A stretch of DNA of 63,136 nt, filler included, from Anaerolineae bacterium (lineage in GTDB: Bacteria > Chloroflexota > Anaerolineae > B4-G1 > DUEL01), in assembly GCA_041082215.1 (NCBI GenBank). It is 8 parts of 8 records of this genome, joined end to end, with 100 filler letters (N's around TTAATTAATTAA, not from the genome) between each part and the next. Parts side by side here need not be neighbours in the genome. Positions count along the whole stretch, not along the records: positions 6,820 to 29,231 come from JBDOIF010000061.1; positions 29,332 to 43,890 come from JBDOIF010000075.1; 6 more parts are not named here. One strand, 5' to 3'. Below are positions 26,645-35,317 of the stretch, piece after piece. Both the position numbers and the translations under genes were made by a program. Below the pieces are notes generated by a model, which was not told the origin of the DNA, ran no database searches, and saw nothing but the letters and a program-made list of their open reading frames with translations. Position 1 is the first letter of the stretch. Each line of letters opens with the position of its first letter.

Positions 26645-27499
26645 TCAGGGCCGAAGCGCCCGTGCCCACACGGCCACGCGCTGACCGACGGGACGGAAGC
26701 CGAAGCGGGTGTAGAGCTGCTGGGAGGCGAGGTTCTCCTCCTGGGTGTTCAGCGTCACCCACCCGACACCTTGCTCCCACAACCGGGAGAGGATGTTCAT
26801 CAACAGGAGGCCCCCGACCCCCTGCCGCTGGGCCTCGGGGATCACCGCCAGCCGGCCGATGTGCGCTCCGTCCCCCGTCAACTGCGCCTGGGTGTAGCCG
26901 ATCAGCCCCCCTCCCCGCTCGGCCACCAGGAAGCAGGCCGACTGCTGCCGTATCCGCTCCATGGTTGTCCTGCTGAGCCACCAGGGAGGCGAAAAGGCAG
27001 CGTGGTCTACCGGCTCCAGAGAAGAGATGTCCGCCTCCATCACCGGGCGGATGCAGACCCCCTCCGCCGTCATCGGCGGCAGCCAGCGGGTATCCTTGAG
27101 CATCGTCACCAGGCGGGTGAGCCTCCGGAATCCCCGCGCCTTGAGGGCAGGGCCGGCCCATCCCCCCACATCCATCCAGGCCAGCGTGGAGGCCCCCAGA
27201 CGGCGGAGCGGCTCAACCAGCGACGGGAGCATCCGATCCAGCCAGGGCCCCACCCCCACGCCGCTCCCCAGCACTGCCAGCCGTACCCAGGCCACCGGCC
27301 CACCGTCGGGCCAGGCCAGCAATGCCCCCACCAGCCGCCCCTGGGAGAAAGCCGCGAGAAAAGTCTCCCCGCCCAGATGCTCCTCCCACGGCCAGGCGCC
27401 GACGGCGGGACGGGCGCCATAGGCCAGGAGGTGACGGATGGCCGGCCCGTCCTCCCAGGTGGCGGGGCGGACTTCGAGAGAGAGTTCAGTCACAGCCAT
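26645..27499 (-). CDS. GNAT-family acetyltransferase (RimI-like C-terminal domain)
   Basis: 'HIGRLAVIPEAQRQGVG'; 'NTQEENLASQQLYTRFGF'; overlaps hemW end. Confidence 0.85.
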   Translation of the reverse strand: MAVTELSLEVRPATWEDGPAIRHLLAYGARPAVGAWPWEEHLGGETFLAAFSQGRLVGALLAWPDGGPVAWVRLAVLGSGVGVGPWLDRMLPSLVEPLRRLGASTLAWMDVGGWAGPALKARGFRRLTRLVTMLKDTRWLPPMTAEGVCIRPVMEADISSLEPVDHAAFSPPWWLSRTTMERIRQQSACFLVAERGGGLIGYTQAQLTGDGAHIGRLAVIPEAQRQGVGGLLLMNILSRLWEQGVGWVTLNTQEENLASQQLYTRFGFRPVGQRVAVWARALRP

Positions 27500-28688
27500 C
27501 CAGTGCCTCCGGCAGAAACTGCTGGAAAACCTGGTTTCCCAGCAGCCGGCCACGCGACGTGAGCCGGACCACCTGCCCGTCCCATTCCACCAGCCCCAAC
27601 TGCCGCAGGCGGGCCAGCTCCTGGCCAAAGGTCTCCTCCAGCCCCACCCCGAAACGGGCGCGGAAGCGCGCGTCGCTCACCCCCTCCATCAGCCGCAACC
27701 CCATCATCATCATCTCACCCATCTCCAGGCGAGGGGGGATCACCTCCGCCTCCCCCGCCGGGGAATGGCCCGATTTCAGACGGGCGATGTAGGCCGCTGG
27801 ATGGGAGATGTTGACCCACCGCTTCCCTCCCCACCAGGAAGCCGCCCCCGCCCCCAAACCCAGATAGGATTCGTTGCGCCAGTAGATCAGGTTGTGACGA
27901 CAGACGAAGGGAGACAACATCCCAGGCTCCGACTCGCCGCCTTCAGGCCGGGGAGGGAGCTTCGCCCAGTTGGAAAGCTCGTAATGAAGATAACCCGCGT
28001 CGGCCAGCATCTCCTCCGCCAGCTCGTACATCTCCGCCATCAGGTCCTCGTCCGGAGCTGGCAGTTCCCCTCCGGCAATCCAGGCCTCCAGCGGCGTCCC
28101 TGCCTCCACCGAGAGGGCATAGAGGGAAAGGTGCTCCGGCTCCAGTGTCAGCGCTGCTTCCAGCGTCTCCCGCCATCGGGCGAGCGACTGGCCCGGGATG
28201 CCGTAGATGAAATCCAGGCTGACGTTGTCCAACCCGGCGGCCCGCGCGTCCCGCATCGCCTCCACCGCCTCCTCCCAGATGTAGGTGCGGCCCAGGAGAC
28301 GAAGCTCATCCCTGTGGGCGGATTGGACCCCCAGGCTGAGCCGATTGACCCCCAGCTCCCGAAGCCCCTGCAGATAGGATAGCGTCACCGTCCCGGGGTT
28401 CGCCTCGAGCGTGGCCTCAATGTCCTCCGGGATGGGGAAGCTGGACCGAAGGGCCTGAAAGAGCCGGGTCAGTTGATCGAGGGTAAGGACCGAGGGCGTG
28501 CCTCCGCCGAAGTAGAGCGTCCGGGGACGGACAGGGGGAGCAGCCCGGATCTCAGCACTCAGGGCCTCGACGTAGGCAGGGATAAGGTGTTCCAGCCCCG
28601 CGTAGGTGTTGAAATCGCAATAGGAGCACCGCGCCCGACAGAAGGGGATATGGATGTAAAGGGCGACCTCCCGTTCCGGCCTTTCCAT
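27486..28688 (-). CDS. hemW: Radical SAM heme chaperone HemW (HemN-like)
   Basis: LYIHIPFCRARCSYCDF; YFGGGTPS; YELSNW; HNLIYW. Confidence 0.92.
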   Translation of the reverse strand: MERPEREVALYIHIPFCRARCSYCDFNTYAGLEHLIPAYVEALSAEIRAAPPVRPRTLYFGGGTPSVLTLDQLTRLFQALRSSFPIPEDIEATLEANPGTVTLSYLQGLRELGVNRLSLGVQSAHRDELRLLGRTYIWEEAVEAMRDARAAGLDNVSLDFIYGIPGQSLARWRETLEAALTLEPEHLSLYALSVEAGTPLEAWIAGGELPAPDEDLMAEMYELAEEMLADAGYLHYELSNWAKLPPRPEGGESEPGMLSPFVCRHNLIYWRNESYLGLGAGAASWWGGKRWVNISHPAAYIARLKSGHSPAGEAEVIPPRLEMGEMMMMGLRLMEGVSDARFRARFGVGLEETFGQELARLRQLGLVEWDGQVVRLTSRGRLLGNQVFQQFLPEALDGCD

Positions 28689-28710
28689 CCTCCCCCCCCG
28701 CCCCCTCTTT

Positions 28711-29231
28711 CTATGCAGGAGGCCCCGCCAGCGGCAGCCAGACGGTGAAGGTGGAGCCTTTCCCCACCGCGCTCTCCACCGTCACCCGACCGCCGTGCAG
28801 CTCGACGATCTCCTTCACAATCGCCAGCCCCAAACCGGTGCCGGAAATCTGCATCCGCCGCGGCTCCGCGCCACGGAAAAAACGATCGAAGATATGGGGC
28901 AGCTCCTCCTGTGGAATCCCGATCCCCGTGTCGGAAACACGGACCGTCGCCCACAGCCGCCCCTCCGCCTCCTCCCGCCCCGTCGCCACCTCCACCCGAC
29001 CCCGTGGGGTATATCGGACCCCGTTCTCCACCAGGTTGTTGATCACCTGCATCATCCGCTTCGGATCCACCACCGCTACCGGCGCCGGCTCGGCCGGCAG
29101 GTGGACCAGCTCCAGCCCTTTCTCCTCCGCCAGCGCCTGGTGGCTCTCCACCGCCGCCTGCGTCAACTCGTTCAGCGATGTCGGCTCCGGGCTGAGTTCC
29201 AGCCGCCCGGCATCCATACGGGAAATCTGGA
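28711..29231 (-). CDS. Sensor histidine kinase, C-terminal HATPase part (5'-truncated)
   Basis: QVINNLVENGVRYT; DTGIGI; FDRFFR; GTGLGL. Confidence 0.92.
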
Positions 29232-29331
29232 NNNNNNNNNNNNNNNNNNNNNNNNNNNNNNNNNNNNNNNNNNNNTTAATTAATTAANNNNNNNNNNNNN
29301 NNNNNNNNNNNNNNNNNNNNNNNNNNNNNNN
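29232..29331. other. Artificial contig spacer
   Basis: N-run with TTAATTAATTAA. Confidence 0.99.
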
Positions 29332-30024
29332 GTGCATCTGTTGGGGGAGGGGGAGCTGCTGGTGGCGCAGCGGGATACCTTCCCGGGCGTGGGGCTGCTC
29401 TCCACGACCTGGCTCACCCCCGGCTTCCGCTGGGCCGACCGATATGTGTTGCAGGTTCCCTCCACAGTCTACGCGCCGGACCTGGCCCGGATCGAGGTGG
29501 GGCTGTACGACGCGACCACGGGGACTCGTCTGCCCGCCAGCACCGGCGGCGACAACGTCCGCTTCGAGCAGGTGGAGGTCCGCGCCCGGCCGGGTGAGGT
29601 CCCCAACCCCATCTCGGTCAACTTCGGCGACCGGATGGCGCTGGTCGGGTACGGGCTGAGCAGCCGGGTGGTGCGGGCTGGTGAGACGGTGACGCTGACC
29701 CTCTACTGGCGTGGGTTGCAGCCGATGGAGGCGGATTACACCGTCTCCGCCCAGTTGGTGGATCCTCAGCAGCGGAAGGCGGCGCAGAACGACGGCTGGC
29801 CCCAGGGGGGAAACGCGCCGACGGCGGCCTGGGAGGTAGGGCAGTTGGTGGCTGATGAGCGGTCGCTGACGGTCTACTCCGATGCCCCGCCGGGAGTCTA
29901 TGACCTGCGGGTGGTGGTGTACCTCCTGCAGGGAGAGCAGATCGTCCGCCTGCCGGTGATTCCGGAGGGGGGGCGGATGCTGAGCGACTACGTGGTTTTG
30001 ACCCGGGTGCGGGTGGTGCCGTGA
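29332..30024 (+). CDS. C-terminal extracytoplasmic Ig-like domains of a GT-C membrane protein (5'-truncated)
   Basis: Repeated 'LVGY..LTLYW..DYTV..L..AQ.D..P..W..G' module shared with neighbours. Confidence 0.75.
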   Translation: MHLLGEGELLVAQRDTFPGVGLLSTTWLTPGFRWADRYVLQVPSTVYAPDLARIEVGLYDATTGTRLPASTGGDNVRFEQVEVRARPGEVPNPISVNFGDRMALVGYGLSSRVVRAGETVTLTLYWRGLQPMEADYTVSAQLVDPQQRKAAQNDGWPQGGNAPTAAWEVGQLVADERSLTVYSDAPPGVYDLRVVVYLLQGEQIVRLPVIPEGGRMLSDYVVLTRVRVVP

Positions 30025-32093
30025 GCCGGCGGGCCTATCTGTGGGGGATGGTCGTTGTGTTGGTGGTGGCGGCGGCCCTGCGGCTGGCCGCCTTCGGAGA
30101 GGTGCCGCCCGGCCTCTACCACGACGAGGCGTTCAATGGACTGGACGCTCTCGACATCTTCCAGGGTCGCCTTGCCCTCTACTTCCCCGCCAACAACGGG
30201 CGGGAGCCGCTCTTCATTTACCTCGTCGCGGCGACGGTGGGCCTCCTGGGGAGAAGCCCCTTCGCCCTGCGGCTGGCCGCTTTCCCCGTGGGTCTGCTCA
30301 CCGTTGCGGCGACGGCGGCGATGGGCCGGGCGCTCTTCTCCCGCCGGGTAGGGCTGCTGGCGGCGGCGGTGCTGGCGGTGACGCTGTGGCACGTCCATCT
30401 GAGCCGGGTGGGATTCCGCGCTGTGCTCATGCCCTTGTTCACTGTCCTCATGGTCTGGCAGGGGGGACTGGGGGTGCGGACGGGCTGGCGGCGCCACTGG
30501 CTGGCAGCAGGTGCCGTGTATGGCCTTTCCTTCTACACCTATACCGCCACCCGCTTCACTCCCGTTGCCCTCGTGGCTTTTGGCCTGTACCTGATCCTTG
30601 TGATGAACCACGGAGCCGCAGAGGACGCAGAGAAATCCAGCTCTAACTTTATGAGACTCCGTGTCCTTTGTGTCTCTGTGGTTTTCTTCCTGTCGGCCCT
30701 GGCAACCCTTGTGCCGTTGCTGGCCTACACGGTAGCCCACCCGGACATCGTGCTGGGCCGACCGGGGCAGGTCTCGATCCTCAACCCGGCGGTCAACGGC
30801 GGGGACCTGTGGGGGACCTTAAGGGTGAATGCGCTGCGGACGGCGGGCATGTTCTTCGTGCGGGGGGACCGCATCTGGCGGCACAACGTCCCCTGGCGGC
30901 CGGTATTCGATCCGGCGCTGGGGGCGGCGTTTGTGGCGGGGCTGGTGGTCGCCGTGCGCCGCGCCCGACGGGACGTGGCGGCTGGCTTCGTGTTGATCTG
31001 GGTGGCGGTGATGGCCCTGCCGACGCTCCTGGCCGAGGACGCGCCCCACTTCCTCCGCGCGGTGGGAGTCCTTCCGGTGGTAGCCCTGCTCCCCGCCCTG
31101 GGGCTGGATTGGGTGATGGGCATAGGGGCCGGCACGGGGTCGGTCCCTGCGGGGTACCGGCTGGGGGCGGTGATCCTCGTGCTCCTGGTCGGCCTGACCT
31201 CCACCGGCCGGGCTTATTTCGGGGATTACGCCCGGGATCCGATGACCGGGTACTGGTTTGAGGAGGGGGCGGCCGCGCTGGCGGGCCGGGTCAACCGGTT
31301 CCTGGGGGTGGGGTGGGATGGGGAGCGGATGGAATGGGGGGAACCCGCCGACCGGCGTGTCTACCTCGATCCGGCACTGTGGGAGAAGTGGCCCCAGGTC
31401 CGCTTCCTGGTCGCTGCGCCGGATGCGGTGACGGTGGGGCTGGAGGGGGAAGCCCCGGCCAGCCCCGTGGCGGTCTTCGTCTGGCCCTATGGGGACTGGC
31501 GGCGGGCCTGGTCGCTTCTGCCCTCCCTGGCGGGGGTAATGGTGGAGGAGGGGCCGCTTTCCCAGGGGGACCGCGATCCCCACCCCTACCTGACCTACCT
31601 GGCCTTCTTCGCCTGCCGGGAGGGGCCTGCCGCGCCGGCGCTGGCCCGTTTCGCCGGAGGGGTGGAGCTGGTCGGTGTGAGCGTGACCTCACCCCCACCC
31701 CTGCCGGGAGGGGGTGGCCCCGAAGGGGCCTGGGGTGAGGGTGAGGTCCGTGTGCGGCTTCGCTGGCGGGTGGCTGCGCCGCCTGGGGGGGAGTACACCG
31801 TCTTTCTGCACTACCTGCGGGATGGGGAGATCATCGCCCAGGGTGATGCTCCCCCTGCAGGCGGCTATTACCCAACGTCCGTCTGGCGGCCCGGCGACGT
31901 GGTGGTAGATGAGCATGGGGTGGCGGGGGTGGGACGGCCCCTCCCTGGCCGCGATGCGCTGCGGATCGGCCTCTGGCGGCCGGAGACGGGGGAGGTATTA
32001 CCCCTGGTCAATGAGGCGGGAGAGGAGATCGGGGATTGGGTCGTCGTGCCGGTGGAGCCAGCGGTCCTGAGCGTCGAGCCGGGGGGGCCGTGA
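30021..32093 (+). CDS. GT-C (PMT/ArnT, GT39/GT83-like) membrane glycosyltransferase
   Basis: 'PPGLYHDEAFNG'; 'NNGREPLF'; many TMs; C-terminal Ig-like module. Confidence 0.82.
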   Translation: MSRRAYLWGMVVVLVVAAALRLAAFGEVPPGLYHDEAFNGLDALDIFQGRLALYFPANNGREPLFIYLVAATVGLLGRSPFALRLAAFPVGLLTVAATAAMGRALFSRRVGLLAAAVLAVTLWHVHLSRVGFRAVLMPLFTVLMVWQGGLGVRTGWRRHWLAAGAVYGLSFYTYTATRFTPVALVAFGLYLILVMNHGAAEDAEKSSSNFMRLRVLCVSVVFFLSALATLVPLLAYTVAHPDIVLGRPGQVSILNPAVNGGDLWGTLRVNALRTAGMFFVRGDRIWRHNVPWRPVFDPALGAAFVAGLVVAVRRARRDVAAGFVLIWVAVMALPTLLAEDAPHFLRAVGVLPVVALLPALGLDWVMGIGAGTGSVPAGYRLGAVILVLLVGLTSTGRAYFGDYARDPMTGYWFEEGAAALAGRVNRFLGVGWDGERMEWGEPADRRVYLDPALWEKWPQVRFLVAAPDAVTVGLEGEAPASPVAVFVWPYGDWRRAWSLLPSLAGVMVEEGPLSQGDRDPHPYLTYLAFFACREGPAAPALARFAGGVELVGVSVTSPPPLPGGGGPEGAWGEGEVRVRLRWRVAAPPGGEYTVFLHYLRDGEIIAQGDAPPAGGYYPTSVWRPGDVVVDEHGVAGVGRPLPGRDALRIGLWRPETGEVLPLVNEAGEEIGDWVVVPVEPAVLSVEPGGP
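30607..30684. repeat. In-frame inverted ~9-mer element (AACCACGGAG...CTCTGTGGTT)
   Basis: Terminal inverted arms within a loop of the 30021 gene; related arms near 47211-47240 and 57201-57261. Confidence 0.6.
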
Positions 32094-35000
32094 TGGGCTG
32101 GAGAGCGCTGGCTACCCGTCGGTCCGCTGCGGCGGCTTGGGGGTCGCTGGTGCTGGTGGCGCTTCTGGCCGCTGCGCCGGTCTGGGGGCCGGGGATCGTC
32201 AACACGCGGGGTGGGGGGGATAGCCCTTTCCTCGTGCAAAGGGCGCACCAGATGCTGGTCAACCTGCGGGCCGGCGTCTTCCCCGTCCGCTGGATGCCCG
32301 ACGCAGCCTACGGGCTGGGCTACCCCTTCTTCAGTTACTACGCCGCACTTCCTTACTACCTGACCGGGCTGCTGGCGCTGGTGGGGTTCGACCTTCTGAC
32401 CGCGCTGAAGGCCGTGCAGACGGCGGGGTTCGTGGCGGCGGCGCTGGCGATGTACGGCTGGATGCAGGGGGTGAGCCGGAGCCGGTGGGGAGCCTGGCTG
32501 ACCGCGGTCGCCTACACTGTGGCCCCGTTTCACCTGGTCAACGTCTATGTCCGGGGGGACTCCCTCTCTGAGTTCTACGCCTTTGCCTTCTACCCGCTGG
32601 TCCTCTGGACACTGGACAGGCGGTCTGAGGTGCAGAGAGCGGGGTCCTGGATCCCCGCCGCGCTGGCGTATGCGGGTCTTGTACTTACCCACAACATCTC
32701 TGCCCTGATCTTCACCCCCTTTGTCATCCTCTACCTTGTGATGCGGTGGCTGGGGAGGGAACTGGACCGCCAGTCATTGCTCATTGGTCATTGGTCATTG
32801 CTCTTGGGCCTGCTGCTTTCCGCCTGGTTCTGGCTCCCGGCGCTGGCGGAGAGCGGACAGGTGCAGTTGGGGACGGTGACGGGCGGCTATTTCCACTACT
32901 CCCGCCACTTCCGCGCTGCCGATCTTATTCAGCGCAGCCTCCTTTTCGATTACAGCATCACCCCGGATGGAGGCACACCCTTTGCGATGGGACTGGTGCA
33001 GGCGGTCTTTGCCGGGCTGGGGGGCGGGGTGCTGGCGATAGAGGGATTCCGACGACGGCTGGGGACGCGGTGGGGGTTTGTCCTCTTCGGCCTGGTTCTT
33101 TCCACGCTGATGATCACCCCCCTTTCGAAACCTCTCTGGGACCATCTGCCGCTTCTTCCGATGGTCCAGTTCCCATGGCGGTTCCTCTCCGTCCAGGCCC
33201 TTTTTACCGCGGCGGCGACGGGGCGGGTTGCAGATTACAGATGGCGAGTCGCAGGTCGCAACGGTCACGGCTCATTGGTCATCCCGGTCGCAGCCCTGCT
33301 GTCCGCGTCGGTTCTCCTCCCCCTTCATCCTGACCGCCTTCCCATCGGCCCCGCTGACGTGACGGTCGAGCGGCTACAGCTCTACGAACTGTTCACCGGC
33401 AACATCGGCACCACCATCCGTTACGAATACCTCGACCGGTCTGTGGTCCCCCGTCCCTTCACCTCCAACGCGCTCATCGAGCCGGATGCTCTACCCCAGG
33501 CCATCCCTCTGGAGGGAGCTGCGCTGGAGGCGGCTCTGGTGGAGCGACGCCCCACGGAGCAGGTCTGGCGAGTGTGGGGGGAGGGTGGGGGGATTGCCTT
33601 CCCGCTCCTCTACTGGCCCGGCTGGGGGGCCCGGGTGGATGGGGAGCTGGTGGCTGTGCGGCCTGTGGAGGGCTCCGGCTATCTGGCGCTGGAGGTGGGG
33701 CCGGGGGAGCACACCGTCGTCCTGCGGCTGGACCGCACGCCAGTTCGGGTTGTAGCGGAAGCCGTGTCTCTGGTCAGCCTTGCCGGCCTTCTGGTGGTCC
33801 TTGTCTGGCGTCGCTGGTTGCCGGCTGCTCGTTGCCTGTTACTGGTTGCTGGTTGCTCGTTGCTGGCCTTTCCTCTCTCAGCCAGCAACGAGCAACGAGT
33901 AACCAGTTGGTTTTCCTCTCCTCGAGCCATCCCCCCCACCGTTGCCAGCCTCACGATGGACTTCGAGCAGATGCCCTATCTGCACCCCAATCCCGATGGG
34001 GTGGACTTCGGGGGTGGGGTGCGGTTGGGGGGGTATCGGCTGTCGGCGGAGCGGCTGGCTCCGGGCGATTGGCTGACCGTTGCGCTGGACTGGGTGGAGG
34101 CGGCGGAGGGATACACGGCGACGGTCCGCCTGGTCTCTTCGGCTGCCGTGCGGTACGAGGTGGAGCCGCTGGCCGAGGCTGGCTGCAGGGTGGGGGCGGA
34201 GGAGTGTGGCGCTCTCACCCTCCAGCTGCCCGGCGACATACCGCGCGGCATCTACCTGCTCCAACTGCGCCTCTTTGGCCCTGGGGGGGAAGTGCACGCC
34301 CGCACGCCGCAGGGGAGGACGGAGGGGGTCCTGTATCTGGCCCCGGTGCGGGTAGTACAGGGTCCGCTGCTTGCGCCCGACGCGCCGCTTCTGGGCCCCT
34401 TCGGGCCGGACGTGTGGCTGCATGGGGTGACGGTCGCCCAGACGACCCCCGACCGGCTCTCGGTGCGGCTGGTCTGGTCGGCCCGGCGCCCCCTGGCGGC
34501 CAACTACGGCGTCTCGTTGCGGCTGGTGAATGGCGAAGGGGAAGTGGTGGCGACGCTGGACACCCAGCCCGGCTACGGCTTCCTTCCCACCAGCCTCTGG
34601 CGGCCCGGAGAGCAGGTAACGGACCGCTATCTCCTGGAACTGCCCGCCGACCTTTCCCCCGGTGACTATCGGCTGTGGCTGGTCCTCTATCAGATTCCCA
34701 CCCTGGAGCCGGTGGGTGAGGTCCGACTGGGGCCGTTCCCCCTGCCGCTGGCGGCTCCCTTCGAGGCGCGGCCGCCGGAGCGGGCCTTCGCCCTGCCGCC
34801 GCTGGAGCATCCTCTGGGGGTGGACTTCGGCATGGAGATACGGCTGGCCGGTTACGGGCTGGAGCGGGAGGCCGACGGGCTCCGGCTGACCCTGTGGTGG
34901 CAGGCGCTGGAGGCTCCCCTGGCCGACTACACCGTTTTCGTCCACCTCTTCGATCCGGAGACACAGGCCATCGTCGTCCAGAGCGATGCGATGCCGCGGG

Positions 35001-35317
35001 GCGGGGCCTATCCGACTTCGTGGTGGGCGGCGGGTGAGGTGGTCAGCGAGACGGTGACGCTTTCCCTGGAGGGGGTGGGGCCGGGCACGTATCGGCTGGC
35101 AGTGGGGCTATATGACCGCACTCTGACGCGGCTCCAGGCCGCTGGCCCGGATGGGGTGCGGCTGCCAGATGACCGGTTGGTCCTGCCGGTGGAGGTGGGG
35201 GTTGGGCCGTGGAGGAAGTCGTTGCTTTTCGAAGGGCGTTGTGATAGAATAAAAACTGCACCGAGCGTTTCCTTCCCCCTGAGAGCAAAGGAGGAGAGCG
35301 ATGCCGGGGAAAATTAG
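32093..35317 (+). CDS. PTPS-related/YfhO-like GT-C membrane protein with multiple C-terminal Ig-like modules
   Basis: 'RWMPDAAYGLGYPFFSYY'; 'RGDSLSE'; 'LTHN'; 'QFPWRF'; three C-terminal modules; last ~35 aa look like read-through. Confidence 0.82.
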   Translation: MGWRALATRRSAAAAWGSLVLVALLAAAPVWGPGIVNTRGGGDSPFLVQRAHQMLVNLRAGVFPVRWMPDAAYGLGYPFFSYYAALPYYLTGLLALVGFDLLTALKAVQTAGFVAAALAMYGWMQGVSRSRWGAWLTAVAYTVAPFHLVNVYVRGDSLSEFYAFAFYPLVLWTLDRRSEVQRAGSWIPAALAYAGLVLTHNISALIFTPFVILYLVMRWLGRELDRQSLLIGHWSLLLGLLLSAWFWLPALAESGQVQLGTVTGGYFHYSRHFRAADLIQRSLLFDYSITPDGGTPFAMGLVQAVFAGLGGGVLAIEGFRRRLGTRWGFVLFGLVLSTLMITPLSKPLWDHLPLLPMVQFPWRFLSVQALFTAAATGRVADYRWRVAGRNGHGSLVIPVAALLSASVLLPLHPDRLPIGPADVTVERLQLYELFTGNIGTTIRYEYLDRSVVPRPFTSNALIEPDALPQAIPLEGAALEAALVERRPTEQVWRVWGEGGGIAFPLLYWPGWGARVDGELVAVRPVEGSGYLALEVGPGEHTVVLRLDRTPVRVVAEAVSLVSLAGLLVVLVWRRWLPAARCLLLVAGCSLLAFPLSASNEQRVTSWFSSPRAIPPTVASLTMDFEQMPYLHPNPDGVDFGGGVRLGGYRLSAERLAPGDWLTVALDWVEAAEGYTATVRLVSSAAVRYEVEPLAEAGCRVGAEECGALTLQLPGDIPRGIYLLQLRLFGPGGEVHARTPQGRTEGVLYLAPVRVVQGPLLAPDAPLLGPFGPDVWLHGVTVAQTTPDRLSVRLVWSARRPLAANYGVSLRLVNGEGEVVATLDTQPGYGFLPTSLWRPGEQVTDRYLLELPADLSPGDYRLWLVLYQIPTLEPVGEVRLGPFPLPLAAPFEARPPERAFALPPLEHPLGVDFGMEIRLAGYGLEREADGLRLTLWWQALEAPLADYTVFVHLFDPETQAIVVQSDAMPRGGAYPTSWWAAGEVVSETVTLSLEGVGPGTYRLAVGLYDRTLTRLQAAGPDGVRLPDDRLVLPVEVGVGPWRKSLLFEGRCDRIKTAPSVSFPLRAKEESDAGEN
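35222..35250 (+). promoter_or_regulatory. Candidate sigma70 promoter of the NTPase cluster
   Basis: TTGCTT-17 bp-TAGAAT with extended TG (TGaTAGAAT), 50 nt upstream of 35301 (AAGGAGG RBS). Confidence 0.6.
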
